NCBI GenBank assembly: GCA_025594325.1
Contig: JANHCV010000007.1
Span: forward strand, 310,001 to 374,000
Reading direction: 5' to 3'
Source of the DNA: Blastocladiella emersonii ATCC 22665
Lineage: Eukaryota; Fungi; Blastocladiomycota
Length of the DNA: 64,000 nt
Shown here: positions 1 to 9,445 of the stretch, one piece after another
Position numbering within the stretch: position 1 is the stretch's first letter
How the letters are laid out: every line of letters begins with the position of its first letter
The notes under the pieces: generated by a model
Database searches by the model: none
What the model saw: only the letters and a program-made list of their open reading frames with translations
What the model was told of the DNA's origin: nothing
Translations under genes and position numbers: made by a program

Positions 1-1169
1 TCGCGTGATGACTTCCTGCGCCGCGTCACGGGCCTCCCAATTGAAGCGTTCCCGACGCTCTTGGGTCTTAACCTTCCCGAGCGCGCGACTGATGCTTTTT
101 GGGGCACGCAGGTCACACGTGTTGCTTGGAGTGAGGCGCAGGTCATGCGCAGTGGTGGTCGGAGTCGCGAGGAGTTTATATTCTACAAGATGCCCTCGCC
201 GACGGTCCCGATCACGCTCCGTGACTCGCCATTCCTCCTCAACGCGCTTGTCCAGTGTACCGAGGAGCTTTTGGGGCCGGATTCAGTTTCTGTCGTCGGT
301 GTTCATGGTACGGTTTTGTCCGTCTCGCCGTAACTCACACTGGCTTACTCATTTCGATTTGTAGGCGGACCGCACGCGACTGGCGCGTTGTTGCCGAAGC
401 TGCTTGCTTTCGCCCTCGCTTCGGGCCGCCTGACATGGACTGGTGCCAAACAGCTCGACTCTGCCCCGTGGCCCGACATGCTTGAGTTTTGGTCGTCGAT
501 TCGTGCCAGTCCTTGGCTTGCCGCGTGCGGCGCCGAAATCTTCGCGCAAGCGCAGCTTTACGGGTTCCCGATCAATGCCACCGACTTGACTAACGACAAA
601 CTCTTGTACTGCGTTGAGGGCACTCTTGACCGCTCGCTCCTTGCATCCGCTGCGTTCTCGAGTCCGCTTACCGCCATGGTGCTTGAGATCTCAGTTGGGT
701 CCGTCGTGCATCAGTTCCGCAGCCTGATCGTCCAGCCGATCAATGATGGGACGAAGCTTCGCGTCGCCGCCTACGTCCCTTGCCACGTTGTCGAGGCTTT
801 GGGCAAGGGCCTCTACGTCCTCGTGCGCATTGATCGTGGTTACGCTCGCTCAGCCTCCGCGACACCTGATTGCGTTCCGCTTGCATCCGTTTCCAAGGCC
901 AAACTGGGTGTTGACTCGCTCGTCAGCGTGACGAACAACATTTCCAAGGTTGCTGCAGCCACCCGGGTCCTTCCTATTCCCACTATCGCGACGCCTCCGA
1001 CCTTGCTTCCCATCGTCAGTACGGTTGAAACTGCAGACGGGGTTACGGTGACTATTTCGCGCTACTGCACCTACCCTTACTCTGTCGTCGCCCAGGTGCC
1101 AACCACTCTTGCAGTTAGTACTGCATTTCCGATTTCCTTTATGGTCAGTGACAAGGTCGAGGTTCTGCA

Positions 1170-1977
1170 TCGCACTCCCTCTGGCGACTCGGCTGGCTCC
1201 CTCACGCCGCTGGATGCGCCGAGGTCGACCCGCTCAACTTCTCCAACGCTCCGCCCCGCGAGGCGAGCGCACGCATTCGACGTCCATTTGGCCAACACAG
1301 GGCCACCCTCAAGTTCATCAACAAACACCACTACTGCACGCAGTGCTTGCACTCGATGCACTCCCACGCCCCCAACCCCTCTGGGCGTGAAGAAGACCCA
1401 CCCGTGTGCCCGCCCACCACTGCGGCCCAGGCGGCTCTTGCTGCAGATCCCTCTGTCCGTCTTTGGCTGCTCGGCTCCCCAAGCACATCCTGAAGTGACA
1501 AGTCCAAAGGAACCGCGTGGTCGTCGCTGAATCATGCCCATCGGTGCATTGATTGACACAAAAGAAAAGAAAAGAAAAGACAAAACAGAAGAAGAAAAGA
1601 CAAAACAGAAGAGGAAAAAGAAAAACTGACATTCCTCTCGGGCCACGGCCGAAGCCACAGTACTGCTACTGACTTTCCGGCGTGCCCTTGCTCTCTCGCT
1701 GGCCAGCCCAGCATGTCGCCCTGCTCGGTCTCGATTATTGTTCATTCGCTCCCTCTCTCGCTACTGCTCGTTTAACGCTACTGGTCTGCTTTGCTCTGTC
1801 CGTCTGCTCTATCTTCACTCCTTCCCTCCCTACTTCCTTCCCCTTTGCTCCTCGACGTGCGTGGTCCAGGCCTTGCTGAATTGCAGCTCAGCCAGAAAAA
1901 GCCGGCGCCTGTCGTACAGTGGATACTCTGCTTGCAGGTGTCAACCGCTGTTAAGGAATAAATCAAAGGTTCCAAAA
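1170..1977 (+). mobile_element. 5'-truncated non-LTR retrotransposon-like insertion with a 17-bp target-site duplication
   Basis: AAGGTCGAGGTTCTGCA occurs at 1153-1169 and again at 1978-1994. The insert opens mid-ORF (SHSLWRLGWLPH...STS, stop at 1491-1493), followed by a UTR-like tract, AATAAA at 1957-1962 and a short A run adjoining the TSD. Confidence 0.75.
1555..1628 (+). repeat. purine-rich low-complexity tract inside the insertion
   Basis: (AAAAG)n plus two AAAAGACAAAACAGAAGA units. Confidence 0.85.
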
Positions 1978-3244
1978 AAGGTCGAGGTTCTGCAGCTTCC
2001 GTGTGACTTTCGGTGCGGCTCTATAAGCTTTGATCGACAGCGGACGTCTGTCCGGCTCATGCTTTCACGGACGCCAGCAACAACCCTGTACCACCAGGGG
2101 CTACCTGCGCTCATGCCGTATCTCCCCGACCAGAGCGGCTCTCCGCCATCGCGCGTCGAGTTGCTTGGTGTGCGGAAAACCTTCCACTTCTGCATGCGCC
2201 CCGGCGAACATGATGCCCAAAGAGCGCGGAAGGCCAAAGAGAATGAACTGCCAACGCTTTCGTATGAAGAGGCTGCGCTGTACATCCGAGTCTTCATGAT
2301 GCGAATTTTTGGAGCTTACCAGGAAGGCGCCCGAGTTATTGAACTCGTCGTCAACGGCGTCAAGGAAATTGGCGACGACGACGGAACCTTCTTCGTTGCC
2401 GTTCTCATCATCAACGGCATTTCTGTTCTCCCGCCGTCCGACTTTTCGCGTGGACACACGCCCGTTCTCGACGCGCTGTACTTCCCGAACCCTCGCGTCA
2501 TCCAGTCCTCGATCTTGCAGCCCAAACCGCGAATGGCAAGCGAGCCGCTCCTCAAGCAGATTTCAGGCGCATACTGCGCCCGCGGACCGGAGCCCCAGTC
2601 CCTTCGCATCGAAGTATCTCCCGGCTACTTGTTTGATCTTGTCAACTGCTTTGAGCATGGCTTCATCTCGGCGCCCACCACCGCTGTCACGGACAAGGCC
2701 GGCGCCTTCAGCCTGCAGTTCTTTTCCAAGATCCGGCCACATCTCTACCGCGTCTTCCTGCTTCCAGCGTATCCGGCCCACGGCTTGCAGTATCACGTCC
2801 CGGTTGCTGCCGAGCAGACCGCGGCTGTGCAGGAGGAACTTGAGCAGCTGTCGCTCCACGAGGGCTCAGTCGCTGGAGCGCATGGAGATTCTGATGAGGA
2901 CGACGACAACCGGATCGTCAAGATGGATTGAATTTTGTTGTCGGACTCAATATCATTGATGTCTCTTTACCTCCGCGTATGTACAGTCGCGTCGGGTCGC
3001 TCATACAAGCTTGAGCGTTCATCTTGACAATATATATAGCCCGCTGATTATCAGTTTCGTGCGGGACCGTACGATTTTGCGGATTGGTTGCGGGGAGAGA
3101 AGTTGACACGCGTTTGGGACACGCGTCGGGAAATCACGTTTGTCCACGCGGCACGAAATGATCTCTGGTCAGGCGCCGCACTCACACCGAAGTGATCGCT
3201 CGGCGGAGCCTCCCCGACTCCAACCACAACTCCTCACCACCACC

Positions 3245-6200
3245 ATGAAGCAAAAGAAAAAGACTACCCGCAAACGCACCGGCGACGGCCCGCGATCTGC
3301 TGGGGCTGGCCAAGAGCCCGCCGTCGAGCCGACCTTGACTTGCGCAACTTTGACTCTCGACGACACGGCCGATCCGTACCTTCCCTACGGCCAGTCCTAT
3401 CCTCGCGACCTATTCTTCTACCACAACCCGCGCTTCTTCCGTCGGCTTGACGCGCTCGTCTTCCAGTGCGGCGACCTGCGCGATGTGGCGTTCACGTTTG
3501 ACGAGGCCAAACGCAAGTACGACTTCCACTGCGATCATACGTACGTGCTTAGCGACACGCACCCCGAGGTGATTGCCCGGAACCTGCTGGTGCTGCACGC
3601 GGTCGCGGGGAGCGCGGACTTTCGCTTGTCGGTTCTTGTGCGCTACGTTGGCCAGCTCTTCTACTCGCTTCTCCTCGAGCCGCACGCTCTTGCTTTTTGG
3701 CGCGACCAGATGCAGGCGTGCTTGACTACGGACTGGACCAAGACCAACGCCAAAATTCGGGTGCTTGACGACGACACCTTGCGCGCCGTCCGTCACTGCT
3801 GGGAATCGTGGCTCGCGTGCGACTGGTCGCCTGCCAAGCTTACCGAGGAGCGCGAGGCTTACTTTGCCCGCGTTCGCCCCGACGGTGAAACCCGCGACCA
3901 TGTTCAGGTCGCCGTCAACCGGATCGTGGCCAGGATGCGCAGCACTTACGGCGACGAGTTGCTCAACGAGATCGAGGTCAAGGCTTTCGAGACGGCGATC
4001 CGTCCGCTTGTCAAAAACAGCATCTTTGTCTTTGCCACGCCGGAAGAAAAGTCTTGCAACGATGACGCCAAACCAGCTCCTCGCAAGGTTCGCGTGGCCG
4101 ACTGTGTCAACCCGACCATGCTTCTCGCTGGCGCCGACCGCTCGCTCTCATTCTCGGCCCCGTTTGCCCACTCTCCCCTCGACGTCTTCCACTTGGACCC
4201 AAACGACTTGATAGTCAGCATGTTCGACGCGCTTCGCAGTCAATTCTACACCTTGGTCGAGGCTTTTGGGCCTGATAGCAACCGTCGTGAGGAACCCGAG
4301 TACAGGCTTCCCGCCATCGTGTGGCCCGAAGAGCCAGTTCGACCGGTTTTCCTGGCTCGCATCGCTTTCGTTGTTGGACACCCGCTCAAGGTCATGGAAA
4401 ATCTCATTTCTCAGGATCAGCTCTACCACCTTCCTTCGATCGGCCTGTGCCCGGAGCAGCTCCGCCAGGTCGAGCACAAGCTGCTCCGCTTCAATGTCAT
4501 TGAGACGGGAAACTTGATGGACACGTGCGGGCTGCTTAACCTGATCGTGCACGCGTCCCCGCTGCTCGGCACCGAGTGGGAACACTCGCGCTCCATGATC
4601 AACACTTGGACCGACCATGTGTACTCGCTTGCGCCGTCCCGACTTGAATTCTTGCGCCGCGTGACGGGCCTTCCGCTTGAAGCGTTCCAGACTTTGCTTG
4701 GCGTGAACCTTTACGAGCGTCCGACCGAGGACTACTGGTTCTCTCACGTCACGCGGCTTGCTTGGAGCGAGGACCAACTCTTTCGTCGCGGCGGTCGCAG
4801 TCGCGAAGAGTTCACGTTCTATCGGCTCCTGGCTCCAACTATCCCAGTTGCGCTTCGCGACTCTACATTCTTGCTCAACGCGCTCGTCCAGTGTGCCGAG
4901 GAGCTGTGCGGGCCCGATGCTGCTGCATTTGCTGGTGTGCAAGGTACGGTTATTATGATCGCCGCAATCGAGCCAAATCTGACATCAGCCTCCGCGTATC
5001 TTGTAGCTGGGCCACGTGCGACTGGTGCGCTCTTGCCCAAGATTTTGGGTTTCGCTCTCGTTTCGGGCCGCTTGACGTGGACTGGCTCTGTGCAGCTTGG
5101 ATCCGCGCCTTGGCCCGACATGCGCGAGCTGTGGTCTTCGATCCGCACGAGCCCGTGGCTCACGGCGTGCGCGGCCGAGATCTTCGCGCAGGCGCAGCTT
5201 TACGGCTTTCCGATTGACGTCGACAACATGCTCAAAGACAAATACGTGTACCGTCTTGAGGAACTCGTCGACCGCGAGCAGTTTACTTCGGTTGCCGGCC
5301 TCAATCCGCTGTTCGCCACGGTGCTCGAGATTTCGCTCGGGTCCGTCACTCACGAATTTCGGAGCCTTCTCGTCGCTCCTTTGAGCGAGAAAAGCGTGCA
5401 GCAGCTTCGCGTCAGCACTTACGTCCCACGCTTCGTAGTTGAGGGGTCGACCAGCCGCCTTGATGTTCGCTTTCGCTTCGGTGGCAACCCTGCTCACTTG
5501 GGGCTCGCTGGGGTCTCGCTTGAGTTTGTGGCGACGACCAAAGTGAGCGTGAACTTGCTCGCCAAGTCCTTGACCAGCATCGCCGAATTTGCAGCGGCAA
5601 CGCGTGTTCTTCGCTTTGGCAGCCAATTCACGCCTCCGTCCAAGAGCCTGGTGCTTCCTGTGGTCCACGCTGTCGAAAGCGCTGACGGAATCGAGTTGAC
5701 GTTGATGCTCCCTCGCGCTTACCATGGCGCCCGAATCGGTTGCGCGGGATACGTCCCAACTGCATCAGCAGCCGGTGCAGTGGTCATTACTGTCAACGGG
5801 AAAGAGCAGTCCATGCGGCTGCCCTTTCCCGTCGCGTCGGACAATTTTCCAATCAGGGTGCGGCAGCGCATGCTGAAGCTCAGGATTCCGCGCGGGCTGG
5901 ACCCGATCTTGTACCACGCCGCTCTGAGCCCTTTTGTCGCGCAAATCGCTGACCACGCAGATCACGACTTTGCTGATCTGTGGAGCCATACTCCGCTCAA
6001 GCTTGCGCTTCGTGCTCTCCGCCTTAACACCCCAGCTCGCGACCCTGATGTCATTGCGGCCGAGCGTGATCTTCGCCACGCGCCGACATGCGAGCAAATT
6101 GCGCGCTTCATTCAATACGTCTTGGCCGAAATTTTCTTTGCCTTCGACCGCGGCGTGCGTATCATCGAGCTTGTATGCGACGGACTCAAGGGCAGCGACA

Positions 6201-6766
6201 GCAAGACTACGATCGCCGGTGTGCTCATGCTCTTGTCCATGTCCGTGATTTCGCCGTCCGACCCATCGCGCGCGCACACGCCCGTCCTGGACGTGAACTA
6301 CATGCCCAACCCGCGCCTCAGGGATAGGTGCATCATTTATCCAAAGCCAGAGCTGTTTGACGAGTCCTTGCTTGGCCAGATGGCGGAGAAGTACCGCACG
6401 TATCGCGACGAGCCGCACGCAATGCGTATCAATGTACCCGCCCCGTTCTTGGGCTGCCTTCTTGACTGCATCGAGAACAGCTCGCTCTCAGTGCACCTTG
6501 TGCACATTATTGCAAACCGAGGCGCCAATTTCCCAAACGACTTTTTCTTCGTCACTCTCAAACCGCATCTCTATCGCCTGCTCATTCTTCCCGTCTATCC
6601 GGTTCACGGGACGCAATACCAGATCCCTATCCCGCCTCCTTTTCCTCCCAGCGCAGATGCGGCGGGGCCTGATAGTCTTCAGAGCGATACGCGTGACACG
6701 GCCCAGAGCGACGGTGACGAGACCGACGTCGTGGCTGAGGATACCCGGATCGTTGAGCTTGACTGA
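3245..6766 (+). CDS. DUF4470-like protein, copy B (intact; probable in-frame intron 4944-5006)
   Basis: Long open frame from ATG 3245 (MKQKKKTTRKR). Motifs FQCGDLR, LSDTHPEVIARNLLVL and FNVIETGNLMDTCGLLNL resemble fungal DUF4470 proteins. A GTACGG...TAG 63-nt segment lies at the same position as the intron in the paralogs. Confidence 0.8.
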   Translation: MKQKKKTTRKRTGDGPRSAGAGQEPAVEPTLTCATLTLDDTADPYLPYGQSYPRDLFFYHNPRFFRRLDALVFQCGDLRDVAFTFDEAKRKYDFHCDHTYVLSDTHPEVIARNLLVLHAVAGSADFRLSVLVRYVGQLFYSLLLEPHALAFWRDQMQACLTTDWTKTNAKIRVLDDDTLRAVRHCWESWLACDWSPAKLTEEREAYFARVRPDGETRDHVQVAVNRIVARMRSTYGDELLNEIEVKAFETAIRPLVKNSIFVFATPEEKSCNDDAKPAPRKVRVADCVNPTMLLAGADRSLSFSAPFAHSPLDVFHLDPNDLIVSMFDALRSQFYTLVEAFGPDSNRREEPEYRLPAIVWPEEPVRPVFLARIAFVVGHPLKVMENLISQDQLYHLPSIGLCPEQLRQVEHKLLRFNVIETGNLMDTCGLLNLIVHASPLLGTEWEHSRSMINTWTDHVYSLAPSRLEFLRRVTGLPLEAFQTLLGVNLYERPTEDYWFSHVTRLAWSEDQLFRRGGRSREEFTFYRLLAPTIPVALRDSTFLLNALVQCAEELCGPDAAAFAGVQGTVIMIAAIEPNLTSASAYLVAGPRATGALLPKILGFALVSGRLTWTGSVQLGSAPWPDMRELWSSIRTSPWLTACAAEIFAQAQLYGFPIDVDNMLKDKYVYRLEELVDREQFTSVAGLNPLFATVLEISLGSVTHEFRSLLVAPLSEKSVQQLRVSTYVPRFVVEGSTSRLDVRFRFGGNPAHLGLAGVSLEFVATTKVSVNLLAKSLTSIAEFAAATRVLRFGSQFTPPSKSLVLPVVHAVESADGIELTLMLPRAYHGARIGCAGYVPTASAAGAVVITVNGKEQSMRLPFPVASDNFPIRVRQRMLKLRIPRGLDPILYHAALSPFVAQIADHADHDFADLWSHTPLKLALRALRLNTPARDPDVIAAERDLRHAPTCEQIARFIQYVLAEIFFAFDRGVRIIELVCDGLKGSDSKTTIAGVLMLLSMSVISPSDPSRAHTPVLDVNYMPNPRLRDRCIIYPKPELFDESLLGQMAEKYRTYRDEPHAMRINVPAPFLGCLLDCIENSSLSVHLVHIIANRGANFPNDFFFVTLKPHLYRLLILPVYPVHGTQYQIPIPPPFPPSADAAGPDSLQSDTRDTAQSDGDETDVVAEDTRIVELD

Positions 6767-7404
6767 AATTTTGTTGATTGCGCTATTGATTAAGTTTTTG
6801 ATTTTTTAGCTTGCGCGAATGATCTCTAATCATCGCTCGTTGAGTGAGTTGATTGACACGCTTGACGTTCATCGAGAATCGGACGATGCGACGCGGCGGT
6901 CGCAGCAGCAACGAGTCTACGTTTTAAGTGGTTACTCCTCCGACAGTGTCGATTGCGCTGCACGAAGCGCTTTAATGTCTGCTCGCGCTTATGCAGTATA
7001 CCGAGGATTGGCGGACGCGTCGCGGTCGCGGTCTGAGACAGACTGCGAGACGCGTCAGAGAATCATGTGATCTAACCAGCCACGATCGCTGAGGATCGGC
7101 GCTGGCCCCTGATCGCCACCGTGTTGCGTGTCGTTCATGCGGCCGTGACCGCGGGGATCAATCATCTGATCTCGCGTGAGCCGCCCGCAACCCTCGCTCC
7201 CGCGCCGCCGCACCCCGCTGCGGCGCGCCCTGCTTTGTTATCCATTCTCCCCTCTCCCCGTCTTGGGTTCGAGGCCGAAGGCAGGAATAGACATCCCTGA
7301 CTACTTGTCTCCCGCCTCCTTCTGTCGGCATCAACACACCGCCGTCCCAAACAACAGCACTTCGCCCCTCTCTCCGACACCCCGATGGATTTGACCTCAC
7401 TACC

Positions 7405-9217
7405 ATGAAGCAAAAGAAAAAGACTAGCGGCAAAAGGGCCGTCAAGAGCCCTCCAGCCGCTGCGGCCAGTGGCGCGCCCGAATTCGAGCCGACGCGGATC
7501 AGTGCTACGCTCGCTTCGGATTGCGTAGACGACGACTCGACTTACTACCCTTACGGCCGGACTTATGCGCGCGACCTCTTCTTCCACCACAACCCGCGCA
7601 CTTTCCGGCGCCTCGATGCCCTCGTTCTTCAGTGCGGCGACCTGCGCGACGTGACGCGCACGTCTGACGATGCCAAGCGCAAGTACGGCCGTGCGGACCT
7701 TACCTTTGTTCTTAGCAACGAACGGCCCGAGGTGCTTGCCCGAAACTTGTTTGTCCTGCACGCCATCTCCAAGAGCGACGAGGTCGACAAGTCCGCACTT
7801 GTTTACTACGTTCGCCAGCTGACCTACACGTTCCTTCTCGAGGAGACGGCGCGCGACTTCTGGCTTGGGCACATGCGCGAGTGCCTTGCGGCTGACTGGA
7901 CCCGCGCGGACGCCCAGGTGCGCGTGCTTGACAAGGCCACCATGGATGCTGTTCGTCGATGCTGGGAGTCCTGGATTGTTTCCGACTTGGAGGCGGACAG
8001 TTTTGTTTCCGCATACAGTGCTCACTTTCCGTCTTACGCAAACCAGGTGGTTGGTCGCTTCATGGCCAGGGCGCGGGACACATATGGTGATGCTGCTGCC
8101 AATGCGATGGAGGGCAAGCTTTGGGAACTTGTTCCCGGGTACCTCTTCGTCCTTAACCCGGCAAGTGACCCAGACGCTGCCTTCTTTGTCAATCCGACCA
8201 TTCTGCTTAGCATGGCCCAAAGCGCTCCACTCCCTTCGCACATTTCTCCCCTCGACGTCCTTGATTTCGATCCCGAGGCTGCCTCAAAGAGTGTCCACCT
8301 TGCGCTTGAAAAGTACGTGGAGACGCTGATTGAAGCCTTTGGTCCCGGTAGCGGCCGCCGCTGTAGCCCCACGACGACTCCGTCGGTCCTCGACTGGAAG
8401 GACGCGCCACCGCCGGCAGCCTTCGTGTGCCGCATCGCTTTCATTGCTGGCCATCCGGTCGAGGTCATGGAGCGGCTTCTTTCCCAGGACCAGCTCTACC
8501 ATCCTCGCCGGCCGAATCCTTCAGCACGGCAGCAGGAGCAGCTGCAACCGGCCCAGCACGAGCAGGCCTTCCTCCGCTTCAACGTGATTGACACGGGCAA
8601 CTTGATGGACACGTGCGGGCTGCTCAACTTACTCGTGCACGCATCGCCGCTTCTCGCGCTCGAGTGGGACAACGGACGCTCTCTCATTCAAACCTGGACC
8701 GAGCACGCTTCCTCCATTGCGCCCACGCGCCTCGATTTTCTCCAGAAGGCCACGGGTCTCCCTCTTCCCGGTCTTTCTTGGCTTGAACTACCTTGAGGTA
8801 CCGTCAATCCACTGGTCGACGCACCTCACGCGCACCGCGTGGACCGAGGGTCAGCTCCTGTGCCGCGACGGTCGCCGACGCGAGGAGTTCACCTTCTACA
8901 AGCTTGCTCCTCCGACCGTCCCCGTTTCCCTGCGCAGTTCGAGGGATCTTAACGTGGTGCTTTGGGGCTGCGCTGAGTCGCGACTCGGGCCAAATGCTCC
9001 AACTCTCACTGGCAAGCACGGTACGTTTGGGTTTTGTGTCCCGTATACCGACGCCTCGACACTCACGCGCACAATGTGTGTAGCTGGGCCGCACGCGACG
9101 GGCGCCCTCATTCCGAAAATGCTCGCGTTCGCGTTTGCTTCAGGTCGTCTTTCGTGGACTGATGCGAAACAGCTCAAATCAGCGCCGTGGCCCAACGCAG
9201 ATGGCGTGTGGAACTGA
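7405..9217 (+). pseudogene. DUF4470-like protein, copy C (frameshifted, 3'-truncated)
   Basis: MKQKKKTSGKR start and the same motifs as copy B. About 8 nt missing near 8770 shift the frame (homology continues in ORF 8717-9217). Intron 9021-9083. Homology stops near 9200. Confidence 0.8.
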
Positions 9218-9445
9218 AAAAAACATTGTTCTTCTACTGAGCAAGTTTGGAGCGAAACGGGAACGCGTTGCGCCACTCACGCGGATCACGGGATGTTTGA
9301 GGAGGTGCTTCAAAGTGGCGTACGCATGGGGGACCTACCTGGTGACTCTGGCAGGTTGACAACGACGACGACGCTCCCGACCGACCTTTATGCAGCTGCT
9401 CACCCCATGTATAACTGATTGAAACTTGCTGCAACGTTTTTGACC

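Larger units (their letters stand above)
1..2931 (+). pseudogene. DUF4470-like protein, copy A (5' end lies outside the window; interrupted by a retro-insertion)
   Basis: Colinear with ORF 3245-6766 (SRDDFLRRVTGLP..., AEIFAQAQLYGFP, HTPVLD, RPHLYR, C-terminal RIVKMD). Intron 308-364 (GTACGG...TAG). The frame is broken by the insertion at 1170-1977; removing the insert and one 17-bp repeat copy restores KVEVL-QLPCDF. Confidence 0.8.
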
